A stretch of DNA of 63,389 nucleotides, the filler included, from Albugo candida (lineage: Eukaryota), in the NCBI GenBank assembly GCA_040437565.1. It is 27 parts of 27 records of this genome, joined end to end, with 100 filler letters (N's around TTAATTAATTAA, not from the genome) between each part and the next. Parts side by side here need not be neighbours in the genome. Positions count along the whole stretch, not along the records: positions 24,011 to 26,281 come from JBDOQK010000323.1; positions 26,382 to 28,647 come from JBDOQK010000324.1; positions 28,748 to 31,005 come from JBDOQK010000325.1; positions 31,106 to 33,362 come from JBDOQK010000326.1; positions 33,463 to 35,712 come from JBDOQK010000327.1; positions 35,813 to 38,059 come from JBDOQK010000328.1; 21 more parts are not named here. The stretch is one strand, 5' to 3'. The notes under the pieces were generated by a model. It did not search any database. It was not told where the DNA came from and saw only the letters and a program-made list of their open reading frames with translations. Shown in pieces: positions 25,557 through 37,580 of this stretch. The first letter of the stretch is position 1; each line of letters begins with the position of its first letter. A program made the position numbers and the translations under genes.

Positions 25557-26404
25557 CTCAGCTAAAATTGCTTTGCTTGTGGGTCATTTTGCGAATCCTT
25601 TTCTTACCAGCCATTCGAATGGTATGTTCTCTTGAAGCTAACAAAAAATTTCAATTGTGGGCGATACAACGCCGCTCCTGCCTATCCCCTGAATATACTT
25701 CTAATCCCACTAGAGTAAGTGATTCCCTTTTGTTTTTTTTGTTTTGTTGAGGCTACTTGTATTGTCTCTAATGCTTGCGGGCGATGACTGCGCTTGAATT
25801 AACTTGCTACTCTATCAGGTACCAATGGCGTCTCTTGTTTCCGTCTCACAAACGAGATGTCCAAATCATCGGACGGTGCACTCTGCGCTTCTCGTGCACA
25901 TTTGCTAAATAAGGTGATGTAATAGGAAACAATCTTACCAGCACTGCCAATGACATATACTTGTGCCTAGACTTGAACTTGGCCGAAATGCGACGCTGGT
26001 AGCTATACGAGCACATTTCTCAGCATATTTTTAGTCATGCGTCATTGTATTATGCGAGACTGTATCTGCTTTCAAGGCGCATTTATGTCGCACAAATCCA
26101 CTGCCTTTGTCACAAAGCGTGTTTTCAGACACGATCCATATTTGGGTCTATTGTATACACTCGTAGAAATCTCCGCATGATAATTTTTCTCACCTCCTTA
26201 TCGCAGTCCATGGTTTTGACCATTCAGCAGGATTGGCAAGACTTGTTGAGAGTTGCATGGAAAGTGCAGAGCTCAGCGGATNNNNNNNNNNNNNNNNNNN
26301 NNNNNNNNNNNNNNNNNNNNNNNNNTTAATTAATTAANNNNNNNNNNNNNNNNNNNNNNNNNNNNNNNNNNNNNNNNNNNNAAACCGCTACTGGGCTGAT
26401 ATTC

Positions 26405-26590
26405 ATTACAGGGCAGGCAGGCATTACTGTGCAGGCAGGCATTACTGTGCAGGCAGGCATTACTGTGCAGGCAGGCATTACTGTGCAGGCAGGCATTACT
26501 GTGCAGGCAGGCATTACTGGGCATGCAGGCATTACTGGGCAGGCAGGCATTACTGGGCAGGCATTACTGGGCAGGCATTACTTGGCAGGC
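26405..26590 (+). repeat. 18-bp minisatellite (CAGGCAGGCATTACTGTG)n
   Basis: About 8 near-perfect units that decay into shorter units. Confidence 0.92.
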
Positions 26591-27270
26591 AAACATGGAT
26601 GAACAGACGACGATTACTGGGCAGATGATTATCGTTAGACAGAAAAATCCTTGGTAGGCAAATTAATGGTCATTAGATAGACATTCCATAGATTGATTAG
26701 CTTCATGGGTTGACCAACAGTGACGCTCGGACAGAGTAATGCCAGCCATAGGAAAAGAAAGGTACTATCGACGAGACCAGAAGCTATGATACATTTATTA
26801 GAAAAGCAGGAAACAAGAAGACACTCGTAACGTTACTTACCATCAACCTTTTAATATTTTTCCTATAAAAGATAATAAACTTTAGTAAGAAAATAAAATG
26901 ATTTTTTTTCGTACTTACCATTTTAAAAAGTGTTATCAGTGACAGCTGGTACTTTTACCTAGGGATTTTGCAAACAGTTTTACTTAAAGTGTTTACGAAG
27001 TCCATAAACAGTTTGTACAAAGCTAAGATACTCTAAGAAAAACTTATACAATGTTGTTAGAAAAGTGATAAAAAAATTTTAAGCCACAAACTTACTAGCT
27101 CACCACCACACACGAAAAGAACTTAGGAGAGAATATTTCTAAAATATAAAAAGTTTGTTAGAACATGTCTTATAAAACCATTAGCTATTCGTACCATTCC
27201 AGTTAATAATAAGGATAAGAACGCATACTAAAAGAAAAAAAAGTGGTAATAAAAAATAGAGCTATTTAAA

Positions 27271-27335
27271 AGTTAGTGAGTTAGTGAGAGTTAGTAAGAG
27301 TTAGTGAGAGTAAGTGAGAGTTAGTGAGAGTTAGC
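27271..27335 (+). repeat. 10-bp tandem repeat (GTTAGTGAGA)n
   Basis: About 6 units, directly visible. Confidence 0.85.
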
Positions 27336-30300
27336 AGGAATTAATTAGAAACAGTAAGGGTTCATTAGATTTCATTGGGGTTAGTAGAAGTTAGTAAGAA
27401 TTGATTAAAACATGGAATGGTGAAATTAAATTAGAGAAAGAAAAAGTTTTATAAAGTGAGCAGGGGAGAGAATTTACAGGGAGGAGACTGTCATTTGGAC
27501 GCAGCGCCTACCACCTTTTTAGTCGGTGCGGTAGAGTCCGAGTCGAAATTTGCCGGAACACACGTGATTTTTTTTTCTAGGAAAAGTTTTTAATAATATT
27601 ATAAGACAAAAAATTAAAAAATGGGATTAGTTCAGTGTAATAATGCTGCTGACAACAGGGGGTACGGACTGAGTTCGTCTTGTTTCTGGCGCATTTTTTT
27701 CTTTCTTTTTGCTTGCGGAGCGAAAGACTTTTTTTTGCTGAAATTTTTAATGAACCCTTTGAACCTGTAAATGTCAAAATATGATAGCAAGAAAGCAGAT
27801 GTAGCTCCATTTTTTATTAAATTTTGTTAATATTACGTTTTTAAAACTAAATAAATTTTTTTTGGTAGAATATTACCTTAATTTTGAAATATCAACATTG
27901 ATTTGTAAAAAGTATTAGCACATTTGAAGAAAATGTGTTGACACTGATATTTTTTTCTAAAATTAATGATTTATTTTCAGTAAAAAATATAACGTAACGC
28001 TTTATTATTATTAATACGTACTCTGAGGTTATTGCTGGCAATATAGCCCGAGAACGCACCATTATTGTCTATAGTAAATCTTACAACAGTAATATTTAAA
28101 TTGCATTAAAATAATATCATAAACATTCACGATTATATATCAAAGTTTTTTACCTTAACAGTGCTTTTTTTGTGCATAAATTATTACTTATAAATTATAA
28201 ACATTATAAAATTATCTTGGTCTATACACTGCAGTTGTATGTAAAGTGTAGAGATAGTTTAAGAAGTAAATATTTCGTTTCACCAGTCATCTCAAAGAGC
28301 ACCTAAATAAAATAAACAGCAATAAACACTTCAGGACAATTTAATTTTACAAATGTTATAGCTTGAATTAAAGCCGTAAAAAAGAGACAATATCATCAGC
28401 ATGTATTCAGTATTCAGTATTCACACACTTGGAAGAGGAGAGAAACAAAACCTACACATTTTAGCTTACAATAATTGGTAAGTGATCATCATTCTTACAA
28501 CCGACTTTTAATTTTTTACTATACCTTAATAAATGCCATTGGTTCTTTTTCTTTTACATGTTGCTGTTTGTATTATTTTTCTATCAAGTGATTTATGCTG
28601 ATTCACGAAATGCATAATACCTTTTCATTTTTCAAACTCAATTTACANNNNNNNNNNNNNNNNNNNNNNNNNNNNNNNNNNNNNNNNNNNNTTAATTAAT
28701 TAANNNNNNNNNNNNNNNNNNNNNNNNNNNNNNNNNNNNNNNNNNNNGCAGCTCGGTATGTAAGTTACTATGAGTACTGGTCAACGTCAAGTGATCGTCA
28801 AGAATTAGACTCTGTCTAATCGGCGGGAGGTTACTAGAAGCACTAAACGATCTAAAGCAAGCAAATGCGATAATGCCCTCAGTTATATGAATCGTTATTT
28901 CCAACTCTCACACGTTTAGAAATGAAGACAAGGCGGACGTGCAGGATTTAAGTTGAATTTGGTATCAGATTTTCAAGCTAAATTCGACACGTATATTTTT
29001 ATCAAACGAGTTGCTTTTATTCATTTTTTATTGACGCAAAATCAGAGTGGAAGCATACTTTTGCTCATAGCTTTCAAGGAAACTCATACAAGAGCTGTCA
29101 GAATGTATCAGCTCACCGTCACTTTTTATCGTTCGCTTAAACAATCCCGAATTGCTAAATGCTTTCTCAGATATCAACAGCCAAAAAATTTCGTCCTTAT
29201 AGTTCTGACGGTAATTCCAATATATGTTCATCATTGAAAGCAACAGTAATTATGATATAATTTCGAGTCCAATGATCGAGTCGATGATATCGGAGGCTCG
29301 ATTTAGCTAGGAGATTAACCGGCTACCGTGTGCTATGGTTACGGTCAAGCGATGGATAACATGCACGCCTTGAATAAAATTCCTTGATAAAAAATGTGAT
29401 TGGACCAGACAGCAATACTTCTGGGTTGAATCATCTCTAAGAAATGATCTTAGACACTGAAAATGTATCAATAAAATTGTCCATTTCCGAGTCAGAGTCT
29501 ATAACCGCTATTGTTACACTGGCTCGGTCCATATGCTAGAAATATATTTGAACGCTAACTCTCATCAGATGATGAACTCATATTTCGGGGACGCGGATGG
29601 GGTGTTTAGCTCTTGGCAGTTGAAAGCATACATTTTCGCTCCACATCAACAATTGGTTGTTCACTCAGGTGTATTAGTGCTATCGAGCAGACATGCATTT
29701 ATAAAGTCGAGGATTCATACAACCTAAATTGCTTAAATAGCGGAGTCGATAGTTTGATGAAAAGCTATCGTTCAATGAGTACCCTTGTAAAAGACTAGTA
29801 GTTCAATACACAACATCAACGCTCCAACAAAAAAAGTACAGATCTCAGTACTAGGTGCGTTTCCAGCACCATAATAATCCATTTAATGCGCTTGTGCCGT
29901 TGAGTCGCCTAACTTTGATTACATAACTGATAAGGATCGTCTATGAAAGACATACCCATGCACGCAATTGGTGTGATACGTAGCAGTACGAAAGATGGAC
30001 GACGAGACCATAGCCCCACGCAAGCGCTCCTCGAACGAAAGCTGTACTGCGTGCTGTGTCTGAGCCAGTCATGAGCAACATGACGTTGAGATTTTCACGG
30101 CACGCCTCACCGTAGCATTCTTGTGCATTGCACACAAGATTGATCGGTGGAAAACTAAGCCAGATGTCGTCACAAGTTTTTCGAATACTGAATCACATCG
30201 CCGTGATAATCGAGCGCCACTTATCATAATACGAACGAGGAGGAGATGCGTTTGTGTCCGATTTTCTAGAGACACATAGAGTGTGATCTCATCTGTTCTT

Positions 30301-31105
30301 CACCTGACGGTAGAAAACCTGAGTGTTGATCAAACAATTTAGCGTAGCAACAATTTCTGTGTTGATCCCGATCGACGCAAGCAAATCAAGGGTCGCGTTG
30401 GTGATGGCTTTATTAACGCGAGCGCTGTCACGCGCGACTCTAAAACGTTATTGCATTGATAGTATTTGTTTTCCCACTAAGTTAATTAAAGCCTATAGCC
30501 TTCAACCTTCCAGAGTACGATTCCGATTATTTGGGTAGTGCAACCTTGCAAAGGCTCGCATGATGTATTTGGACAGGTACAATGTATAGAATGTACATAA
30601 TGGCTAGGTAAGGCGAATGATTACGTTACCTCAGCCCTTAATGTTTATAACTTTCTTTCCATGTTCTCAAAAAGGGTTTTTTATTGTCTTTTACTTATGG
30701 AAGATACGCATTCTATTACATAAAAAGAACACTACTACCGTGCTATGCATCCTTGTGTCTTACCTGCCTTTTCTATGTCTGCTTCCATGCTCGCAAAGTA
30801 CGGTTCCGGTGCCTCAGAAACGTTGTCATTTAGCCCACGGCGGAATAATGCAGCTACCATATAAATCATCAAGAAATTGTTCATCATAATCAAATATTCG
30901 ACGAACATTTAACACCATGAAGATTTATCCATTAGAAGCGTGTTATATCGCCATGCTTGTGGTTTCGACAGCGTATCATCCATTCGTGAGCGGTGATTAC
31001 ATGAANNNNNNNNNNNNNNNNNNNNNNNNNNNNNNNNNNNNNNNNNNNNTTAATTAATTAANNNNNNNNNNNNNNNNNNNNNNNNNNNNNNNNNNNNNNN
31101 NNNNN

Positions 31106-31815
31106 TTAGTGGTATAAGCTGAGCATAGATTGGTTAGTCTAATACTCATGGCTTCCGGGATTTCCTGATGAATTAAGGAGAGTAGAATTACCTTTCTGTC
31201 GATCTGATCATGAAACTTTTTATAGTCAAATTCATAGATGAACTTCTTGTGTAATAATTCTCCAATCGCTTTCCAAGCTGATAAGGTTCCTCTGCCTTTT
31301 CTATGACCGTGCTGATTGACATTTAGTCTTTCTTCCAGCCAATAATGCATAAACATGTTAAGCATCCATAAATAGATCCGGTTCGGAACTCCTGGGTCGT
31401 TGATGTATCTTGTTCCTCCATCCGGTTTAGGGATAGGGGTTCTCGTCACCTCAAACGACTGTGGTTCGTTCTTACAGATTCTGTCCAATTCGGTTAGCCA
31501 TTTGATAACCGTCTTCATCTCCTGGTCCTTGAACCAGTTGGGTCTTACGTTTCTCAATCCTAATAATCGAAAAGCTTTACTTCTTAAAAGTAACAAACTT
31601 GACAATTTCCAGAATTTTATTGGGTCTCCTCGCAATCTTTTCAGTCTAAACTGTTGTTTTGCCAGGTATCTTTCCAGTTTCCGATTCAGACCTTTCTCGA
31701 AAGATGGAGGTCCGTCTCGTACTACCTTCTTGATTCCGTATTGTAACAGAAATTGGTCATAGCCTAATTTATTTCCGAGAATCATTTGTCGAATGTTTGG
31801 AATATTAAATTTCAT
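31106..31815 (-). CDS. Mirror copy of the same reverse transcriptase ORF
   Basis: Exact reverse complement of 32653-33362; probably the same physical gene read on the other strand of the hairpin. Confidence 0.85.
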
Positions 31816-32652
31816 AATATAAGTAACAAAGATGCTTCTAATTCTTCTGGATTTACTAATTCGGAAGGGTGGTATGTCATGTCGGAGAAGCTATCCAGAC
31901 TGCATTCCACTTCCGCCAGTTCTCAATAGAGACTCGGTTCAATTAGGAAAGCCCTCTACATTCATGATTCACACTAAGCCCGAGGCCACCCTGAGGGCAT
32001 GAATTCAACGAACTTAATGCAACCTGTAGCCAATTGCTCGCTACAGCCGGTCCCAAGTCCGGATAAATGCAGAGGGAGTTTCAGAATTGCACTAATGCTT
32101 TTCCAATTCCGCTATATGGATCCTGGAAATTTTCACATTAGTGTTCAGGAATTGGCCCACGTGCCTTATCTTCAACCCCCCAAGGACTTCGTCCGCGGAG
32201 TAATAAGAATAAGGTACTATTTAGTCAATTCCTGAAGAAATTGCTAAATAGTACCTTATTCTTATTACTCCGCGGACGAAGTCCTTGGGGGGTTGAAGAT
32301 AAGGCACGTGGGCCAATTCCTGAACACTAATGTGAAAATTTCCAGGATCCATATAGCGGAATTGGAAAAGCATTAGTGCAATTCTGAAACTCCCTCTGCA
32401 TTTATCCGGACTTGGGACCGGCTGTAGCGAGCAATTGGCTACAGGTTGCATTAAGTTCGTTGAATTCATGCCCTCAGGGTGGCCTCGGGCTTAGTGTGAA
32501 TCATGAATGTAGAGGGCTTTCCTAATTGAACCGAGTCTCTATTGAGAACTGGCGGAAGTGGAATGCAGTCTGGATAGCTTCTCCGACATGACATACCACC
32601 CTTCCGAATTAGTAAATCCAGAAGAATTAGAAGCATCTTTGTTACTTATATT

Positions 32653-33362
32653 ATGAAATTTAATATTCCAAACATTCGACAAATGATTCTCGGAAATAAA
32701 TTAGGCTATGACCAATTTCTGTTACAATACGGAATCAAGAAGGTAGTACGAGACGGACCTCCATCTTTCGAGAAAGGTCTGAATCGGAAACTGGAAAGAT
32801 ACCTGGCAAAACAACAGTTTAGACTGAAAAGATTGCGAGGAGACCCAATAAAATTCTGGAAATTGTCAAGTTTGTTACTTTTAAGAAGTAAAGCTTTTCG
32901 ATTATTAGGATTGAGAAACGTAAGACCCAACTGGTTCAAGGACCAGGAGATGAAGACGGTTATCAAATGGCTAACCGAATTGGACAGAATCTGTAAGAAC
33001 GAACCACAGTCGTTTGAGGTGACGAGAACCCCTATCCCTAAACCGGATGGAGGAACAAGATACATCAACGACCCAGGAGTTCCGAACCGGATCTATTTAT
33101 GGATGCTTAACATGTTTATGCATTATTGGCTGGAAGAAAGACTAAATGTCAATCAGCACGGTCATAGAAAAGGCAGAGGAACCTTATCAGCTTGGAAAGC
33201 GATTGGAGAATTATTACACAAGAAGTTCATCTATGAATTTGACTATAAAAAGTTTCATGATCAGATCGACAGAAAGGTAATTCTACTCTCCTTAATTCAT
33301 CAGGAAATCCCGGAAGCCATGAGTATTAGACTAACCAATCTATGCTCAGCTTATACCACTAA
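32653..33362 (+). CDS. Reverse transcriptase, mitochondrial retroplasmid-like (N-terminal 236 aa; truncated before the QG and YADD motifs)
   Basis: RYLAKQ..RL, FWK....LL.RSKAF, PNWFKD, RTPIPKPDGGTR (RT1/2), RIYLWMLN, QHG.RKGRGTLSAW (RT2a) and IYEFDYKKF (RT3) resemble Mauriceville/pFOXC-class RTs. Confidence 0.85.
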
Positions 33363-33462
33363 NNNNNNNNNNNNNNNNNNNNNNNNNNNNNNNNNNNNNN
33401 NNNNNNTTAATTAATTAANNNNNNNNNNNNNNNNNNNNNNNNNNNNNNNNNNNNNNNNNNNN

Positions 33463-35712
33463 TGGATCTGTAGGACCTAGGGATACCAATTTAATAAATC
33501 ACCCGGTACAAAATCTTTTGTTTGAAGTATTAGAAAATAACGCTGGAATCGAAAAAGGTGGTTTCAAAACAGAAGGCGAAAATAAAAAGTCATCGACAGA
33601 AATGCGTTTGGCGCTTGACAAGTACATCATCAACTTTTCGAATATGTGGAAAAAGAAAGCCATATTTCATAAGCTGGTGAATCACTTGATTTTTACTCTT
33701 TTAAGTGTTCACTTGGCACCCAAAAGAATTAAACATTACATGAAGTTTAAAAAAGAACAGCAGCAACACGAAAAAGAAAAGCTAGATAATGATGATCGTA
33801 CTCCTCTCTCCAGTAATTATTCCGAAAGAAAACCGCGATCTTATTTCAGAAACAAAAGAAGAAATGCTATAAGATGTGAACAGAAGAAAATTAACAAATA
33901 CAAAAAAAGACAGGCAAAGGATGGTCGTGATAGAGAATCAAAAATTGTTGCATCCGAAGCAAGGATCGAATATTTTAAAAGGACAATTGTTCCACCTCCA
34001 GTTTTGGTAAACTAATATATACATATATATTATACGCATTTAAAATGTGATTGCTAACTAAAAACTACTTGTTTTTATTAGGATCGTCTAAATTCAGAAA
34101 CGAGTATGGAGGTAATTCTTCATGGTGATTCTAAAGATGTGACCTTAGTTAATAATGATGATGACCTCTCTTCTGAAGAAGAAGATCATAATAATGCTGA
34201 AGAAGATAAAGAAAACGCGGATGTATCTCGTAGGCGACTGAAGGTATTGAGTTCTTTAATTAAGGACGCATTATTTTCAAATGATGATAATGACAACAAC
34301 ACTGTCCTTTCCAATCAAGAAAGCTTACCCAATCGTGAATTAGAAGTATGCTTGAAGATTATAAAATTTATCCAACCGTACATTCCTTACAAGGATTCCA
34401 TAAACTCGATGGTTCACCAACTACCATTCGTTCTATTATCTAATACTATATTAGAATTAATTGGAAAGAAAAAAGCCATATATATAATAGGAATATGCCC
34501 TTTACCAAGTATATCGCAAACAAATTCTTTGGCTATGAATGCAGTTTCTCTATATCAAATGATGACAAGAGTGGATCCAGTTGGTTTACAACTATTTGAT
34601 TATGAACAATATCCAATACAGTCTGAAGAAGATGCACGACGTCAAAAAGACGCAACTTTCAACTCAATTTTTGACATGAAAAAAATTAAAGATCTCTGTA
34701 AATCATATGGTGGATTGGAATTTGCTCATCAAGTAACATTCATGCCAGGGTGCAAGACCATACGTATTCTTGAAGAAAAGCGATGCCCTGTCGTACAAGA
34801 GGTTAAATTATCATCATATCAAGTGTACCGCAATAAGCTGATGAATGACGCTGAAGTTATAAATGAAAGTAGAAAATCGCAAGAGACTTTAGTAAATGAA
34901 ATCAAAATATTGCAAGAAACAATTAATAAAGCAACAAACATTATCAAGGAGAAACCAAAGATACTGCTACCTCTTGATAGAGAGATAAGGGATTTGAAGT
35001 TACAATGGAAGAAGAAGAATGACCAGGCAGATGAGTTACATAATGAACGTATTTTATAATAGCATAGAAGCATTAAAAAAGAAATGCTATGATATGTATA
35101 CTGAAATCAATAAGTTGAAACTACAAGTTAAAAATAATCGTCATTCGCAATACATAAAACGTGGAGCGTTAAAGTTTGGTGAGCAGATCGACCAAAAAAG
35201 GTCCAATGCAACGGAAGAATTATTGAAAGCAAATGTCACCCTAAGCAAACAAGGACACGGTTTGTTCCACGCCTCAGATACCTATATTGATCCCACTACA
35301 ATTGAAGAGAATGACTTTACTTTCTCAGGAACAGATAACGGCTTAGTATCAATGACAAACACTGTTGGATTTATCTTAAATAGATTTCGCTTTCATTTGG
35401 AATTATCAAACAGATATCAATCTTTAGAGGGTTCGAGTGATATCAACAGTAATGTAAATAACGAAGATATCCTTGAAAAGTATGAAGACCATGACTATTT
35501 AAACTTGCCTAAAAGTCATGTTATAAAGTCTAAAGAGATCCAGGTTCGTAGCGGTGCTTGGAAAAGATCTAAGATGTTAGAAAGAAAGAAGAAAAATACA
35601 GAAGAAGGTAAAGAAATCACTAGATTAGAAAAAGAAATGGCAAGCAGCAGCTCTCTCAAGAATATATCAAACATAAGTGATTTAAAAGAAATTTACAAAA
35701 AACAAAGTCAAC
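33463..35712 (+). pseudogene. Second Fanzor1-like gene (truncated at both ends, one frameshift near 35050), RuvC-I variant GTDNG
   Basis: In-frame intron at 34007-34081. Blocks are collinear with the 7565 ORF: CLKIIKFIQPYIP/CANLVNLLRTISP, SLAMNAVSLYQMM/ALDVQPRSLYLMM, FNSIFDM/LRNFFNV, coiled coil, FSGTDNGLVSMT/INGIDPGICSTV, LSNRYQSL/SLNRYNVL. Confidence 0.7.
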
Positions 35713-36699
35713 NNNNNNNNNNNNNNNNNNNNNNNNNNNNNNNNNNNNNNNNNNNNTTAATTAATTAANNNNNNNNNNNNNNNNNNNNNNNNNNNNNNNN
35801 NNNNNNNNNNNNTTGAGCAATTCTCCTTCTCACATGCTTGTGACACCTCCGTGTGCGATCTACTCACATGTAATGCCACTTCTAGCCAACGAGAATGGCA
35901 CGTAGAAGTTTCAAAATACACTCTCCACGCAGTCATCACGACTCTCGGCCTGAAATGGATTTCTTTGGGGTGGTGATGACCACGCGATATCCCACATAGT
36001 TGTAAGAGGATAATATGATAAATAATGGTTCCGTTCGTTTCCCATTCCAGGTTGATGGGGTCGAATTACTCGTAAACGAATCATGCCCCAAGAATGTTCA
36101 TCGGATGGAAGTTAGCTGTTAACATGTAAACTTCGTTTAAACCATCACACGGATGTTTCTTGACGACTTTTTTGTAGCTAGGCACTAGAAGGAATTTACA
36201 GGAGGCTTCTAGATTTGGGATTGCCATTGTCCTTCATAAAATAGAACAGCTTCATCCCATTGGAGTACTCTGAATGCTTTACCCATCTCTATATAATGTG
36301 AAAGAGGCCTTGAAGATTTTGAATGACCTTCATGATTCCAATTTTCAGCTACATCTTGTTCTAGGTGTCGAACACTATGAATATCGGAAGTTTGTGGGTT
36401 AGGAATCTCAACGCGATACTGCGCTTGAGACTTCGAAGGTTTCTTTTCCGTCCGCGGTTTTTGGGATGTATCAAGAAAATCAGTTCATTATTTATCTGGT
36501 TTTGCTAGCACTTAAATTTGTAATTATCACTTAGGCATTGCTTCGAACCTAGGGTGGCTCCAAGCTCTGCGCTGCGGTGAACTTCTCCATTCACTGGCTA
36601 CCAAGAAACACGTCAATTTAGTAAACAATTTAGAAAAAGTGTTTTTCAACATTTCCTTCTCAAAAACAATGGTTCAAGTATATATTTCGACAAAATCAA

Positions 36700-37580
36700 G
36701 AGACTTAGCGTCCATTTGTGATGAAGTGGCAACCCTGCAACGTAGCTTTCCGCTGGGTAATCGCATGATTGCCGATGAGTCGTTGCTCGTGTGGGATGAC
36801 GTGGAAGTTACCCCCACCGCAGCGACACGGAACAGGATGTTTCTTGTGGTACTACCACTGCCTCGCTACAGGGTAGCTCAAGGCAACTGCAAGCGTGGTT
36901 AAAACGAAACTCAAACTTGCTGATATCATCAAGTCACAAGCGTTGTTTACGTGAGCACAAAACTATATCGAAAGCACAATATCGAGTGGAGCCCCAAATC
37001 CGGGAGCGTTAAATATTGCTGCAAGAAATGAACTTTATCCTGGACAAGACCCGAATTGGGCTGTTGTTGCCACTAAAGTCGACGCAGCACGGCCTATTAG
37101 TTATGCGTTTGAAAAGGAATTAGAAGAACTTTGTCAAAGTCTTATTTAGATGAATTACCTGATGCGCCATAACGAATTGCAATTTTGTCTTCGTTAATTA
37201 AAAAGATTGGTGATGGTTAAACAATCGTATCACCTCAACTGTATAACATCTCCTGGAATACTGACAAAGTTTGAGATATCTGTGAATTTTTCGTAATGTT
37301 TCATACAACATTGCATATGGTTTAAAATTTCTGCTGGTATCATTAATGCAGATTATCCCCCTTACTTCTAGAATTACCCTATGATGAACACTCCGAATCA
37401 CCATCATGGAACAATTTCTTATGATGGTCCTTCAAGCGATTTGTACAGCCCCACAATACATGTGCCAATTTGACCCACCATTGCATAGCGAACTTGCTAG
37501 TCGGAATGTACAATTGAACATCAATGTCTCTTTCTCTATGTTTAAGGAGATGATTCAGGCATTGACGCACATTAATCACT
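36700..37580. pseudogene. Highly decayed LTR-retrotransposon pol-like remnants
   Basis: Plus-strand DPNWAVVAT...RPISYA..E resembles Ty3/Gypsy RNase H; many stops; evidence is weak. Confidence 0.3.

Larger units (their letters stand above)
31106..33362. mobile_element. Palindromic contig: putative hairpin-ended linear retroplasmid (pFOXC-like architecture)
   Basis: Arms 31106-32224 and 32244-33362 are reverse complements (1119 bp each) around a 19-nt imperfect apex TCAATTCCTGAAGAAATTG. The RT ORF reads outward from the apex on each arm. Confidence 0.7.

Noticed and set aside
28748-31005. Short ORFs in higher-GC contigs (also 38160-40399 and 40500-42733)
   Set aside because: No supportable product; 38160-40399 may be decayed minus-strand coding sequence, but I could not identify it.
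32224-32245. Hammerhead ribozyme core (GTC, CTGAAGA, GAAA) at the hairpin apex
   Set aside because: CTGAAGA and GAAA overlap, leaving no stem II or stem I; the topology is incompatible.
31999-32469. 78/82-aa ORFs converging on the apex
   Set aside because: Antisense to the structured leader with no recognisable motifs; duplicated only because of the palindrome.
32244-33362. Group II intron or bacterial retron
   Set aside because: No GTGCG 5' end, and the leader is short for intron domains I-III. The protein N-terminus and RT2a look retroplasmid-like, with no retron NAxxH. Not fully excluded without a phylogeny.
32653-35712. Apparent RT + Fanzor 'operon' (RT directly upstream of the Fanzor-like gene)
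   Set aside because: They are separated by an artificial linker and the contigs are ordered by length, so the adjacency is meaningless.
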